DNA of 64,000 nucleotides, taken from NCBI GenBank assembly GCA_002269645.1, contig NIVC01001181.1:186001-250000 (forward strand), in the 5' to 3' direction. Below the pieces are notes generated by a model. That model made no database searches. It worked only from the letters and a program-made list of their open reading frames with translations, and had not been told where the DNA came from. This document shows positions 17,959-31,639 of this stretch, piece after piece (within the stretch, counting starts at the first letter, position 1; every line of letters begins with the position of its first letter). The translations under genes were made by a program, and so were the position numbers. This DNA comes from Macrostomum lignano (lineage: Eukaryota).

Positions 17959-18532
17959 ATGGCGGTAGGCCTAAGTAAGAGCGCTAGAGATTTACGACCT
18001 ACATCAGCCTGGCCGACCATCTCCAAGAGTTGCTATTCCACAACCTGCAGAGTATGTAGTTGCCAGGCAGAAAGTATAGGAATGCATAGGCAGGATGAGC
18101 CCAGACTCTTCTCCATCTGTGTGTCCCTTCTGAGCCTAATTAATGATGTTAACACCGCTGTGTCAGCCTTCACAATAAGAGCCCTTAATGCTGCGCGCAA
18201 GGCACTGAAATTATCTGTAGCCACCCATCTCTCATTCAGATTCCCTGTTTGAGTCCGCTCTTGGTCTCTCATACATTATAGAGCATCCATGGCCTCACCT
18301 ACGCAGGCATATAGCCTTCAAAACACATACCGAGTCTAAAACAGAAAATGTACTTTTCACTTTGAAAATCTATTTGAGGATTATTTTTTCCAACTGAAGT
18401 GCTTCTCATCTCGTTTGGTTGTCGATAAAAACAACTAAAATGCCTCATCAGTTTCAGAGCACTTTAACTCATTGAGATTTCTTAGAAACACCTGATTGGC
18501 TGATGATTCTTATCTGGAAATTAATGTCTGAC

Positions 18533-19395
18533 GCTGGGTCACTCAGTCCTGACCCAAGCTGACCCAAGAGACCACATAGCACTGGGTCACTCAGTCCTGA
18601 CCCAAGCTGACCCAAGAGACCACATAGCACTGGGTCACTCAGTCCTGACCCAAGCTGACCCAAGAGTCCGCATCCCACAGGGTCACCAGTCCTGACTTAA
18701 GCTGACCCAAGAGACCACATAGCACTGGGTCACTCAGTCCTGACCCAAGCTGACCCAAGAGACCACATAGCACTGGGTCACTCAGTCCTGACCCAAGCTG
18801 ACCCAAGAGACCACATAGCACTGGGTCACTCAGTCCTGACCCAAGCTGACCCAAGAGTTCGCATCCCACTGGGTCACTCAGTCCTGACCCAAGCTGACCC
18901 AAGAGTTCGCATCCCACAGGGTCACCAGTCCTGACTTAAGCTGACCCAAGAGACCACATAGCACTGGGTCACTCAGTCCTGACCCAAGCTGACCCAAGAG
19001 ACCACATAGCACTGGGTCACTCAGTCCTGACCCAAGCTGACCCAAGAGTTCGCATCCCACTGGGTCACTCAGTCCTGACCCAAGCTGACCCAAGAGTTCG
19101 CATCCCACAGGGTCACCAGTCCTGACTTAAGCTGACCCAAGAGACCACATAGCACTGGGTCACTCAGTCCTGACCCAAGCTGACCCAAGAGACCACATAG
19201 CACTGGGTCACTCAGTCCTGACCCAAGCTGACCCAAGAGACCACATAGCACTGGGTCACTCAGTCCTGACCCAAGCTGACCCAAGAGTTCGCATCCCACT
19301 GGGTCACTCAGTCCTGACCCAAGCTGACCCAAGAGTCCGCATCCCACTGGGTCACTCAGTCCTGACCCAAGCTGACCCAAGAGACCACATGACCC
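18533..19395. repeat. 48-bp minisatellite CTGGGTCACTCAGTCCTGACCCAAGCTGACCCAAGAGACCACATAGCA
   Basis: About 18 copies, with higher-order variants. Confidence 0.96.
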
Positions 19396-19984
19396 AATTC
19401 AAGCCACTAAAATATCTAAATTTCTTGTCACTCAGAGATCTGTGCCTCTTAACTTCGGCAAGCGTGAGAATGGTGAGAACAAGCAGGAGGATTAGGAGTG
19501 CATGGGGATTACTGCACTCACTGTATAGGGATTATCACAGTCTGATGGGATTACCAGAGCCGAATGAGGGAAGATGGAAAGAGGAGGAAAAAGATGTTGC
19601 TAACTGGGAGAGGCCTGCCCAGATCCCAGTTGGGCAAACTAGGCAAGGGGTGGCTGGTGATGCAGAGGATACATGATCAATCCATGAGCTCAGTTCGAGC
19701 GCCGAGTATCTAGCTAAGGGAAAGTTTGGGTTGGGAAGTTGAGGCTGCAGTAGCAGTGGGAGAAATGTGAGACACATTTGCGCTGTGCACGATGAAGAGT
19801 TGCCTGGGTGAAAGCTTGGTTTAGTTTATTTTTAGTAACTCTTGGTTATAACGAATACATTGTTAGCTGTTCTTTTGAGCTGAGTGAGATGAAGGGGGAG
19901 AGGGAGAGGAGGGATATAGGGAGATGAAGGGAGACAGTGAGAGGAGGGGAGAGAGTGAGATGAATAGGGAGAGGGAGATTAAGG

Positions 19985-20447
19985 GAGAGAGTGAGGGGAA
20001 GGGAAAGTGAAAGGAAGAGGGACAGTAAGAGGAAGGGAGAGAGTGAGAGGAAGGGAGAGAGTGAGAGGAACGGAGAGAGTGAGAGGAAGGGAGAGAGTGA
20101 GAGGAAGGGAGAGAGTGAGAGGAAAGGAAAGAGTGAGAGGAAGGGAGAGAGTGAGAGGAAGGGAGAGAGTGAGAGGAAGGGAGAGAGTGAGAGGAAGGGA
20201 GAGAGTGAGAGAAAGGGAGAGAGTGAGAGGAAGGGAGAGAGTGAGAGGAAGGTAGAGAGTGAGAGGAAGGGAGAGAGTGAGAGGAAGGGAGAGATTGAGA
20301 GGAAGGGAGAGATTGAGAGGAAGGGAGAGAGTGAGAGGAAGGGAGAGAGTGAGAGGAAGGGAGAGAGTGAGAGGAAGGGAGAGAGTGAGAGGAAGGGAGA
20401 GAGTGAGAGGAAGGGAGAGAGTGAGAGGAAGGGAGAGTGAGAGGAAG
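19985..20447. repeat. 18-bp purine minisatellite GAGAGAGTGAGAGGAAGG
   Basis: Direct reading of the sequence. Confidence 0.95.
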
Positions 20448-21270
20448 GCAAAGGCAGGTGAGGTTCCACCAGCTTCACCCACGCCAAAAACCAGTAAGGC
20501 TGTTGAAGCTACAGACGAAAACGCAGAACAAAAAACGTTAAATCCCAAAGCAAAATTGAAAACTGTTTGTTGCCTCACAGTGGAATTCGCAGGTGATTTC
20601 CCCTCCCCCCCCCAACGGACGGGCCACCTCCCAGACTTGACATTTTCGCCGTCTGCCCGTGGAAAGTCCCCCAAAAAAGTTGTGCTTTTTCCAGTTTGCA
20701 CCAGCGGACCTTACGGGGCACCAAGTAAAGCCACACACCTGTTGTTTAGATTATCAGTCAAGATTCGCCGGTCCCGGGTTCGAGTCCCGTAAATTGTTTT
20801 GATTGTCCATCAAATTGGCACAGCAGTGGAGCCAGTCTGCAATGTGTGTGTATTTTGCATCGGTTTGTTTCTGCCCAGCATCTGCCGGTTTCTGGGCTGT
20901 GGCGAGGCGAAAAGAAACCAACAGTAGCCATTTGGATTGGGGTTGATTAATTGCTGACGTTTGCCCTGGGCCGGTCTGAATTCTGGTCTCGATTAGTTTT
21001 CGGTATAGTTTTCGACATTGGGTTACCATGGGAATTCGCTAACCATAAACTGCATAAGAAAAAGAATGAATCATAACTTTTTTCTGTTTGGGTTGTTAGG
21101 CAGGTGACGAAAGATTGTTGATAGATTTATTGGTTCGATAATTCCTGGAAAGGAGAGGGACGTTTTTTGATTGCTTCGATTTTTTTGTGCATTCTTTAAT
21201 AAATAACAAAACAAGCTAATTAAGATTTAAATGGTAGAGAGATAAAGAGACAGGTTGGAATAACGCAGAT

Positions 21271-22368
21271 GGAGACGAAGGGAGAGACGAAGGGAGAGAC
21301 GAAGGGAGAGACGAAGGGAGAGACGAAAAGAGAGACTAAGGGAGAGACTAAGGGAGAGACGAAGGGAGAGACTAAGGGAGAGACGAAGGGAGAGACGAAG
21401 GGAGAGACGAAGGGAGAGACTAAGGGAGAGACGAAGGGAGAGACTAAGGGAGAGACGAAAAGAGAGACTAAGGGAGAGACGAAGGGAGAGACGAAGGGAG
21501 AGACGAAAAGAGAGACTAAGGGAGAGACTAAGGGAGAGACGAAAAGAGAGACTAAGGGAGAGACGAAGGGAGAGACGAAAAGAGAGACTAAGGGAGAGAC
21601 TAAGGGAGAGACGAAAAGAGAGACTAAGGGAGAGACGAAGGGAGAGACGAAAAGAGAGACTAAGGGAGAGACGAAAAGAGAGACTAAGGGAGAGACGAAG
21701 GGAGAGACGAAGGGAGAGACGAAAAGAGAGACTAAGGGAGAGACTAAGGGAGAGACGAAAAGAGAGACTAAGGGAGAGACTAAGGGAGAGACGAAAAGAG
21801 AGACTAAGGGAGAGACGAAGGGAGAGACGAAGGGAGAGACGAAAAGAGAGACTAAGGGAGAGACGAAGGGAGAGACGAAAAGAGAGACTAAGGGAGAGAC
21901 TAAGGGAGAGACGAAAAGAGAGACTAAGGGAGAGACGAAGGGAGAGACGAAGGGAGAGACGAAGGGAGAGACGAAGAGAGAGACTAAGAGAGAGACTAAG
22001 GGAGAGACGAAGGGAGAGACTAAGGGAGAGACGAAGGGAGAGACGAAGGGAGAGACTAAGGGAGAGACGAACGGAGAGACGAAGGGAGAGACGAAGGGAG
22101 AGACGAAGGGAGAGACGAAGGGAGAGACGAAGGGAGAGACGAAGGGAGAGACGAAGGAAGAGACGAAGGGAGAGACGAAGGGAGAGACTAAGGGAGAGAC
22201 TAAGGGAGAGACTAAGAGAGAGACGAAGGGAGAGACTAAGGGAGAGACGAAGGGAGAGACGAAGGGAGAGACTAAGGGAGAGACTAAGGGAGAGACTAAG
22301 GGAGAGACTAAGGGAGAGACGAAGGGAGAGACGAAGGAAGAGACGAAGGGAGAGACGAAGGGAGAGAG
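21271..22368. repeat. 12-bp minisatellite GAAGGGAGAGAC
   Basis: About 90 copies. It is the source of the ETKG pseudo-ORF. Confidence 0.97.
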
Positions 22369-23377
22369 ACCTGAACAAGAAAGTGGCTTGAAAGGCGAGG
22401 CGGCAAGCACCAGAGGCACGAAGACATAAAAGTCGGAAATGAAGTTACAGATTCCCGGGATCAAAATAAAGACGAAGCAAAGTCAAAGCCTTATTTGAGG
22501 CGAAGCCTCTCCCCGACAGCAGTGAGACAATTTTATTGAGGCTTAAAGCCAGTAAAAGTCCAGGCTAAGCCGATGCGGCTGCAGTATGGAAAGCGGCCTA
22601 TTCAGAATTCATGGAGTTTCGCCTTATCAATAAACGGGAAGCCGGCAGGCTTGAGGTGAAACCCAGAAGATTCCCTGCAGTCTGCCCGGCAATAGACCAG
22701 AGAGAGGAACCGGCATCCCCTTATCGGCAACAGAAATCCGCTACCAAAATGTCTTCTTTTATACATTTATCGCCCATTCCGTTTGTGCCAACTGGCAACT
22801 TGTCTGTCTGCCTGCCTGTCTGCCTGTCTGTCATGCAGGATTAAAACCACCTGACATTTCATTCGCCATCTCCCTCACCCCCAGGATCATCAAATACACC
22901 CTGCACCCTCATTCCAGATCCCCATTCTCCACTTCGAGTCCCGGAACAGCCAGACTGGCTGTCGCCACTCCATAGAAATGCTTTCAACCTTTGTCCTTAT
23001 TCTGAAATATGGTTCGCCATTTCGAAATCATATTACAGTAACTGCACTGAGATTGGCGTATTTCGAATTCTGAAAAAATGGAATGGAAAGTTTAAACAAA
23101 CTGTGATATTTTGTGTTCTCTGGGTCAATCGTTATTGTTGCAGCGCGTGTAGGCGGGCGTGGGCGACGCGTGACACAGTTGATGTAATGTTCCCAGGTTT
23201 ACAAAAGTTGATGGTTTAATGGCGTGTAACCTTTGCCAGAACTGAAAATTACGGAACTGTAAAGAATAACAAAAGCGATTATTTTTTCATTGAATTTTAT
23301 TCGTTAGCCATCTGAAACTAAAGCTTACAAGATATGGTCCCGATACGCTAGTACTAAATAAGGATATTAACTCAGAT

Positions 23378-23835
23378 TACATGATACTAGGTAGCACACA
23401 ATATCAGAGTACATGATCCTAAAATAGTACACAATCCCAGAGTACATGATCCTAAAATAGTACACAATCCCAGAGTACATGATCCTAAAATAGTACACAC
23501 CCCAGAGTACATGATCCTAAAATAGTACACAATCCCAGAGTACATGATCCTAAAATAGTACACAATCCCAGAGTACATGATCCTAAAATAGTACACAATC
23601 CCGGATACATGATCCTAAAATAGTACACAACCCCAGAGTACATGATCCTAAAATAATACACAATCCCAGGGTACATGATCCTAAAATAGTACACAATCCA
23701 GGATACATGATCCTAAAATAATACACAATCCCAGGGTACATGATCCTAAAATAGTACACAATCCAGGATACATGATCCTAAAATAGTACACAATCCAGGA
23801 TACATGATCCTAAAATTAGTACTCAATCCCAGATT
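23378..23835. repeat. 33-bp minisatellite TACATGATCCTAAAATAGTACACAATCCCAGAG
   Basis: About 13 copies. Confidence 0.95.
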
Positions 23836-23924
23836 ACACAATTACAGTTGAACTAACCCTACACAAGCCTTATAAAATGTTGACAAAATGCACCTTTAAG
23901 CCTCTATTAACTTCAAATTTCCAG

Positions 23925-24020
23925 ACCGAACTCTCAGTTCAGCTGCAAAGTTTGTCCGAGAAAGCAAAAATCGGCTCCGAGTTTCATCAGCAACTCAAAT
24001 CGAGTCCGGAACGGATCAAG
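23925..24020 (+). CDS. TRIM9: TRIM9/TRIM67-like E3 ligase, coiled-coil exon (TELSVQLQSLSEKAKIGSEFHQQLKSSPERIK)
   Basis: Acceptor ttccag and donor GTGAG; 96 nt, phase 0/0. Resembles the TRIM9 segment AQLSQALNGLSDRAKEAKEF that follows B-box2. Confidence 0.8.
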
Positions 24021-24339
24021 GTGAGAATTATAATTAGTTGCGTTTTGTTTAATTTTCGAGTGTTTTTTTGTTGAAACAGACTCCATTACTTATCATTCGA
24101 GTAATGTAATGTGTGTTTCTAGGGAAAAGGTTTCTTTAAGGCCAGCCTGCAAAGCACAAGGGAGTGTACATGCCGCTAGAAAGTCAAAAGGGCCTCTCAC
24201 CCGGTGTGAGCGGTGCATGAGTGCGTGGCTGTGTACAGTATTGGCGTGCTTGCATTGTGCCCAGGAGTCTGCGGAATGTGTAGCATAGGTAGTCAACATT
24301 GAAAATACATGATTTTCGCCGCCATCAAACCCACTCAAG

Positions 24340-24573
24340 GCCAACTGCGAGTCCATGTCTGAGATCATTGCTGGCCAATTCGACTCATTAATCGAGGCAC
24401 TGCAGTCAAAGAAGCAGGTGATGCTGAGCCAGCTGCAGTCTGAGCAGGAGCACAAGACACGGCTCATCCGGGATCAGGCGGCGCATTGCAGTTCCGTTTT
24501 GAGCAGGACAACCAGCCTGCTGCAGTTCTGCGTCGAGATGCTCAAGGAAACTGACCCTGCCGCTTTCCTGCTG
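24340..24573 (+). CDS. TRIM9: TRIM9/TRIM67-like, coiled-coil (BBC) exon
   Basis: AGQFDSLIEALQSKK...EQEHKTRLIRDQAAHC...TTSLLQFCVEMLKETDPAAFL matches TRIM9 VAQCDALIDAL...EHEHKLKVVRDQISHC...[21 protein letters not shown]. Bounded by AG and GTGAG; 234 nt. Confidence 0.9.
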
Positions 24574-24616
24574 GTGAGTTGAGTCAGCATGTTGGCCTTG
24601 GAGTACCTGAGTATCC

Positions 24617-25850
24617 GGTCTTGACTGAGTGTACCAACCTGACTTGGTCTTGACTGAGTGAACTGGTCTTGACTAAGTGAACTGGTCTTGACAGAGTGAA
24701 CTGGTCTTGACAGACTGAACTGGTCTTGACAGAGTGAACTGGTCTTGACAGAGTGAACTGGTCTTGACAGAGTGAACTGGTCTTGACTGAGTGAACTGGT
24801 CTTGACAGAGTGAACTGGTCTTGACAGAGTGAACTGGTCTTGACTGAGTGAACTGGTCTTGACAGAGTGAACTGGTCTTGACTGAGTCTACCAACCTGAC
24901 TTGATCTTGACAGAGTGAACTGGTCTTGACTGAGTGAACTGGTCTTGACTGAGTGAACTGGTCTTGACTAAGTGAACTGGTCTTGACTGAGTGAACTGGT
25001 CTTGACTAAGTGAACTGGTCTTGACAGAGTGAACTGGTCTTGACTAAGTGAACTGGTCTTGACTGAGTGAACTGGTCTTGACTGAGTGAACTGGTCTTGA
25101 CTGAGTCTACCAACCTGACTTGATCTTGACAGAGTGAACTGGTCTTGACTGAGTGAACTGGTCTTGACTGAGTGAACTGGTCTTGACTAAGTGAACTGGT
25201 CTTGACTGAGTGAACTGGTCTTGACTAAGTGAACTGGTCTTGACAGAGTGAACTGGTCTTGACTAAGTGAACTGGTCTTGACTGAGTGAACTGGTCTTGA
25301 CTGAGTGAACTGGTCTTGACTGAGTCTACCAACCTGACTTGATCTTGACAGAGTGAACTGGTCTTGACTGAGTCTACCAACCTGACTTGATCTTGACAGA
25401 GTGAACTGGTCTTGACTAAGTGAACTGGTCTTGACAGAGTGAACTGGTCTTGACTAAGTGAACTGGTCTTGACTGAGTGAACTGGTCTTGACTGAGTGAA
25501 CTGGTCTTGACTGAGTCTACCAACCTGACTTGATCTTGACAGAGTGAACTGGTCTTGACTGAGTGAACTGGTCTTGACTGAGTGAACTGGTCTTGACTAA
25601 GTGAACTGGTCTTGACTGAGTGAACTGGTCTTGACTAAGTGAACTGGTCTTGACTGAGTGAACTGGTCTTGACTGAGTGAACTGGTCTTGACTGAGTGAA
25701 CTGGTCTTGACTAAGTGAACTGGTCTTGACAGAGTGAACTGGTCTTGACAGAGTGAACTGGTCTTGACTGAGTGAACTGGTCTTGACTAAGTGAACTGGT
25801 CTTGACTGAGTGAACTGGTCTTGACTGAGTGAACTGGTCTTGACTGAGTG
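24617..25850. repeat. 19-bp minisatellite GAGTGAACTGGTCTTGACT
   Basis: About 60 copies in a TRIM9 intron, with periodic longer variant units. Confidence 0.97.
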
Positions 25851-26523
25851 CCATCTTCTGCACGTATCAAATGGCCACACATGAGTGTCAGTCCTTCGCT
25901 TGCAATCAACAGCCTTGATCATATTTTTTATACATACTTGTTTCGCATGGTCCATAGCTGGGCCATAGTCGAGGCCCTATGAAAGACTATAGCGCAATTT
26001 GTTTTCGGAAACGTGACACCAACAAGAGACTGGAAGCTTTGCGTACCGCCTGTTTACAGTTGGTCCCTTGGCTAATGGCCACAAAAAATATGACTAACCA
26101 CTATAACACCCCTTAACAATGCGCGAAACTGCGCTGCATGAAATGCAACGTTTGGAAACCGAAAAAAATGGGGACAGTTTTCCCTGTGGGATTATTAATT
26201 ACCATCGGGTTATGGGTAGAACACAAGAGTATATATATTTATAAATCATGTTTTATAGTTGTTCGCTAAGCTTCGAGAGACGAAATTATTTGGCACAATT
26301 TCCGGAAACGAAAGAAAAGAGAGAGAGAGAGAGAGAGAGAGAGTGCAATTCTTCAAAGTTAGATCATGGACATCTAATAGATCTTGTCTGGAATGGCGAT
26401 TCTATTATATGACAGTTTACATCGGAAAATTAAAAAACGGTTAATTTGATTCACTTTCTAAGAAACAGTGTCATTTGGTCTGGTGTATCGTCATTGAAGA
26501 GCAGTTTTTGCGTGTCTATTCAG

Positions 26524-26680
26524 GTGTCCAACTCGCTCCTGCACCGGGCGGTCCATGCCGAGTCAGTGTTCAAAAAGGACATCGACTTGCGGCCCAGGGT
26601 CAGTCATGAGTTCGAAATTCGACTAGACGTGGAACCGGTTCTGGTGGCGATTAACAGCTTGACCTTCACTGAGCACAAGG
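26524..26680 (+). CDS. TRIM9: TRIM9/TRIM67-like, COS-box exon
   Basis: [14 protein letters not shown]...[25 protein letters not shown] resembles ISDALIRRVHLTE...PRMTTDFDLSLDNSPLLQSIHQLDF. Bounded by cag and GTGAG; 157 nt, phase 0/1. Confidence 0.88.
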
Positions 26681-26761
26681 GTGAGCACACGTTATTGTTG
26701 TGGTTCTGTCCGTGACAAATGATTCTTTTTACTGATTATCGCAACTATTAAATTGCAGTTA

Positions 26762-27640
26762 CCGATCTCGACCTCTATGATCTCGACCTCTGTGATCCTG
26801 ACATCACTGAATCCCGACATCCCTGATCTCGACCTACCTGATCCCGACATCCCTGATCCCGACATCCCTGATCTCGACCTCCCTGATCTCGACCTGCCTG
26901 ATCCCGACCTCTGTGATCTCGACCTCTGTGATCCTGACATCCCTGAATCCCGAAATCCCTGATCCCGACATCCCTGATCCCGACATCCCTGATCCCGACA
27001 TCCCTGATCCCGACATCCCTGATCCCGACATCCCTGATCCCGACATCCCTGATCCCGACATCCCTGATCCCGACATCCCTGATCCCGACATCCCTGATCC
27101 CGACATCCCTGATCCCGACATCCCTGATCCCGACATCCCTGATCCCGACATCCCTGATCCCGACCTCTATGATCTCGACCTCCCTGATCTCGACCTGCCT
27201 GATCCCGACCTGCCTGATCCCGACAACCCTGATCCCGACATCCCTGATCCCGACATCCCTGATCCCGACATCCCTGATCCCGACATCCCTGATCCCGACA
27301 TCCCTGAATCCCAACATTCCAGACCCCTACCTTGCTGACCCCGATATCCTTGATGCCGACACCCTTTATGCCGACACTCATGATTCCTACATCCCTGATC
27401 TGACATCTCTGATCCCGATATCCTTTATCCCGAAATCCTTGATGCCGATATCCTTGATCCCCACATCCTTGATCACGCCATCCTTGATCCCGACATCCCT
27501 AACCCCGACATCCCAGACCCCTACTCTGCTGATCCCGATATCCCTGATCCCCGATATCCCGGATCCCCGACATCCCTGATCCCGACATCCCAGACCCCTA
27601 CTTCGCTGATCCCGATATCCTTGATCCCAACATTCTTGAT
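26762..27640. repeat. 15-bp minisatellite ATCCCTGATCCCGAC, degenerating at both ends
   Basis: Direct reading; intronic. Confidence 0.95.
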
Positions 27641-29118
27641 GTCAAACTCCCAATGAAGGACTTTCACCAATTTGTTTTCTCCGGATATAGTGTTTAGTTT
27701 TTCGTTCGCTATTCCGAGCTACCAGTTCAGTGGCAGCCAGGCCTGCGGAAATGCGGAAATACGAGCCTAGCTTTTTTTGCTAAAAAAGCAAACAGCACTA
27801 CATCAAAATCAGAGACTTGGAAGAATAACAAACCTGTAAAAAGGCTTTGGAATCTGACACAGTTCTGCGCAGAAAGAATTCTACCAAGTTTGAGGTTCTG
27901 AAGTGTTGGACCAGTTTTGGGAAAGCGCAAATTAGGAAAAGGATGAACAGAAAATTGAAAATCGTAACTTTCAACTTTGGTCGCGCGCAGAAATCTCAAC
28001 TGTCTGTCTTCTGCTCTTTTAAAGAAAAATGTTGCAAAACTGTTTTTAGTGGAATGAAAAATATTTGCAAGGAAAGGTGTCAGGTAGACATTTACGAAGA
28101 TATTTCTTCTTTTAGCGTTTGATACAATATACCGGGGTAGGTTAGACAATTGTATCCAACAATGCGACTGAAACGTGCTTTTTGGTATTCTTAGAATGCA
28201 TAAATTTAAATTGCTGCTGGATTTATTTACGTACTAAAATTTTCTTTGCCTCTCGTTTTTTTTCTATTTTGCTCAATAAAAAGTTGTTCAACTGGCAGAA
28301 GCTGCAGAGGATGACAAACGAGTGGCCTCTCTGGTCAGAGGTTCGTGTACATTTTATTTATTCGTTTTTTTCAATTTTTCTACTCACATTTCATTATTTA
28401 GTTTGGAATGTTCATCAATTTAATTAATTATTACTCCATATTTCACACACCTGCGCGTCTTCTTGCTAATTGCATTTTAAACAAATCGCTAACTTTTTTC
28501 CGGCTTTAACGAAAGAGTTTTGTTAGAACTGGGCGACTTCTAAATAGGATATGAATTATTACGAATAATTGTGTCAAAAGTCTGTTTAACTATATATTCA
28601 TTAACCGTTTGCATGTAATTTAATTAGTTTATTAATCCTTCTCCTTACGAATGCATATGGCGGCTACTCCTATCTATAAATAATATATTTTCAGACTAGA
28701 GTGTCGACCTAACTAAAGAAGCCGCTTCCTTATAAAACTTTATTAAAACATGAAATAATTTTACCTATTTAATACGCCAAGCAAAACTACCAAGCCAAAT
28801 TGTCAAGAAATTAACTGACACTTGAGTATGTTGAAGGAGCTTAATTATTTAATTAAACTTTTACATTACCAGATTTTTAAACTATGAAATGCTTGCATTA
28901 TTTCATTAGAATATTGAAGTACTTCGTATCTTAAAGTAAGTTAGAAACCACTCAATAGTCGATCTGAGTACCCCAACCGTCTCCAGAATCTATTCTGACT
29001 GTGTCAAGATATAAATTTTTCACTGTTTGAGTACTTTTATATTTGCCATACGCGAAAAATTTCTATGATTAATGACAATCTTGAGCAAGAAATTTCCCTA
29101 TTTAATTTCCTCTTTCAG

Positions 29119-29258
29119 TTCCACCAGCGCCTGTAATCATTGCCGAACGGAGTCACGCAGAGAACAACACGGTCACAGTTTGCTGGAGTCCCTGTCCCGG
29201 TTCGCAGGCCGAATTCTACACGCTTGAAATGGACGACGGAAGGGGCGCCGGGTTCAAA
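29119..29258 (+). CDS. TRIM9: TRIM9/TRIM67-like, FN3 domain first exon (VPPAPVIIAERSHAENNTVTVCW...FYTLEMDDGRGAGFK)
   Basis: Manual translation; absent from the ORF track. Acceptor tctttcag and donor GTGAGT; phase 1/0, compatible with neighbouring exons. Matches VPATPILQLEECCTHNNSATLSW...YILELDDGNGGQFR. Confidence 0.9.
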
Positions 29259-29346
29259 GTGAGTTAGTTGAACGTGACTTCATTGCCTGGATAGTGAATG
29301 ATCGCTTCTCGTTGAAATTAGCTTGTATTTTAATTTTATCGCCGCA

Positions 29347-29885
29347 ATGTGCAGCAATGGTTTTATTGCCCTGGATAGCGAGAAGGGTTTATGTGAAATT
29401 TGCAGCGATGTTTTTATTGCCCTGGATAGCGAGAGGGGTTTATGTGGATTTTGCAGCGATGGTTTTATTGCCCTGGATAGCGAGAAGGGTTTATGTGGAA
29501 TTTGCAGCGATGGTTTTATTGCCCTGGATAGCGAGAGGGGTTTATGTGGATTTTGCAGCGATGGTTTTATTGCCCTGGATAGCGAGAAGGGTTTATGTGG
29601 AATTTGCAGCAATTGTTTTATTGCCCTGGATAGCGAGAAGGGTTTGTGTGGAATTTGCAGCGATGGTTTTATTGCCCTGGATAGCGAGAAGGGTTTATGT
29701 GGATTTTGCAGCGATGGTTTTATTGCCCTGGATAGCGAGAAGGGTTTATGTGGAATTTGCAGCGATGGTTTTATTGCCCTGGATAGTGAGAAGGGTTTAT
29801 GTGGAATTTGCAGCGATGGTTTTATTGCCCTGGATAGCGAGAAGGGTTTATGTGCAATGTGCAGCAATGGTTTGATTTCCCTGGA
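29347..29885. repeat. 51-bp minisatellite GCAGCGATGGTTTTATTGCCCTGGATAGCGAGAAGGGTTTATGTGGAATTT
   Basis: About 10 copies; intronic. Confidence 0.96.
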
Positions 29886-31639
29886 TAGTCGAATGTCGAA
29901 TGTTTAGAAGCTGGGGTTTTAACGAAATTAACTTTAGCTCCGTGGTGCTAAAGAACTGGGCAAATATTAGCTACTCCTTTAAACTCCTTCATTTCGCCAA
30001 CTTTTTCTAGCCCATGGATTAGATAAACGTCCATTTGAGCCGTCTATTTGTAGCCTTGTCAGGCTTAAGGACAAGAATTGACCTTAAGTCCAGCCAAACG
30101 TGCAGACTTTGCAGAAAACTGCATATAAAGGAAATGGCTTCCAATTAAGGGCCAATTCCCAAATAGTCTATTGGCCGCGCAAATTTATATAGAAGAGACA
30201 TCTGCTGAGTCCCAGAGGCAGAAGAGCCAGCAGAGAGTTGGAATCAGAAAGGAGCTTCTGTGTCCACACTGGCACCGACCCCCTTCCCTACCCAATCCCT
30301 CTCCTGCCCAATTTCCCGCAATCCAAAATCCCAATTAGCACTAGAGGGGAAAAGTTTAAAGCTGCAAGCCTAAACTCCCCAAAGCAGACTGTCGCCATCT
30401 CTTAGAGTCCCACCATCGTCACGCCACCCTCTGCTGCCACCCCCTCCCCCATCGCCCGAGGTGGACAACAAAAATAGGGCGAGGCGCGATGAAAGGCTGA
30501 TTGACAGCGAAGTGGGAGAGAGAGAGATGAAGAGAATTAGAGGAGAGAGACGCCAGCTTCCCGCGCAGCCAAACGACTGGCCTTCCACCTAGCAGCCATC
30601 CCAGCTACATTATGCATACAGTATAGTTGATTTGATTTTCCACTATTTCTTTCTCATCCGTGACCGTTGGGGTCAATGAATATTGGCCGCTGCAATGTAT
30701 GAGGCAAATTCACTGAGATGCGCTGGTGCATTGTGCCATGACTGTTGATGCTTCGGTCAGTCGAGTTAAATACCTGCGCACAGGTACCCCCCACTGCCTA
30801 TTATTTTGATATCTCTTGATTAAAATGGACGGAAAAATTCTCTGGGATTTTGTAGCAGAAAGAAGCCCCGAGGGAAGAGGAGAGATATATTGCAGGTCCC
30901 AGCATCTTATCAGAAGACGAGAAGCGACCTCATCAAAGCCGGAGAGCCAAGGTGCGCAGGTTTAGGTTGGGGACACCTGAATTCTCTGCACTCACCTATG
31001 CAGAGCCCTCACCGCGGCCTGCTCCATCCATCGAAGGCACAGAAAAAGTACACACTAAGTAGAAATAGAAAAAACCTCAACAGATGGCAAGCTGAAATTT
31101 CTCAATGCATTTGCCTCGGGGACTCTCATCTTCGCATTTCCGACAGTTCAAAGCCAAAAAAACGTCTGCACAAAATTTTATCCGGGAAGCAGAATCTTCT
31201 TCAAAAAGTGCGGAAGATTAAAAAATATCTCCAGTTTTTTATGAAATCGCATTTTTGGTGTTTATTGTTGAATTATTGGACTAAAAAGTTTTGATTGTGT
31301 TGCACGAGTGGGATCGACCGGATCGTGTACTTTTAGAACTTAAGCGCCGCGTTTAGCGCATGGGGGGTTCATGGCGACTCCATTAAGCTAAGCATCAATT
31401 TAGGACCATTATAACCATTTCATTTTTTTGTATCCTTTTATAGAAGCTGCAATATGGCTTTGTCGGCATTTTCCTTTGAAAATCAGAAAAGTAATATTTT
31501 CGAGAAAATCAAATTGCGACTTTTTTACAATAGAATTTTGAGTATAGAATTCAACTATTTGTTAGGAATTTTTGTTGTTAAAAAAATACAACTGCAAAGG
31601 CTGAAATGTTGGCAGGACATGAACTGGCTGGCTTAGTGA

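Noticed and set aside
20745-20792. GGGTTCGAGTCCCG B-box-like motif
   Set aside because: No convincing A box or cloverleaf; at most a decayed SINE head.
21220-22464. ETKG, SPFV and LSLR ORFs of ~400 aa
   Set aside because: A 12-bp minisatellite open in several frames on both strands, with no splice support.
26692-27579. DPDIP / GCRDQ repeat ORFs
   Set aside because: A 15-bp intronic minisatellite. The flanking TRIM9 exons join in phase without it.
29280-29907. 17-aa Cys-containing repeat ORFs
   Set aside because: A 51-bp intronic minisatellite open in three frames.
31297-31395. Minus-strand A-box (TAGCTTAATGG) and degenerate B-box
   Set aside because: The spacing and B box are too degenerate to call.
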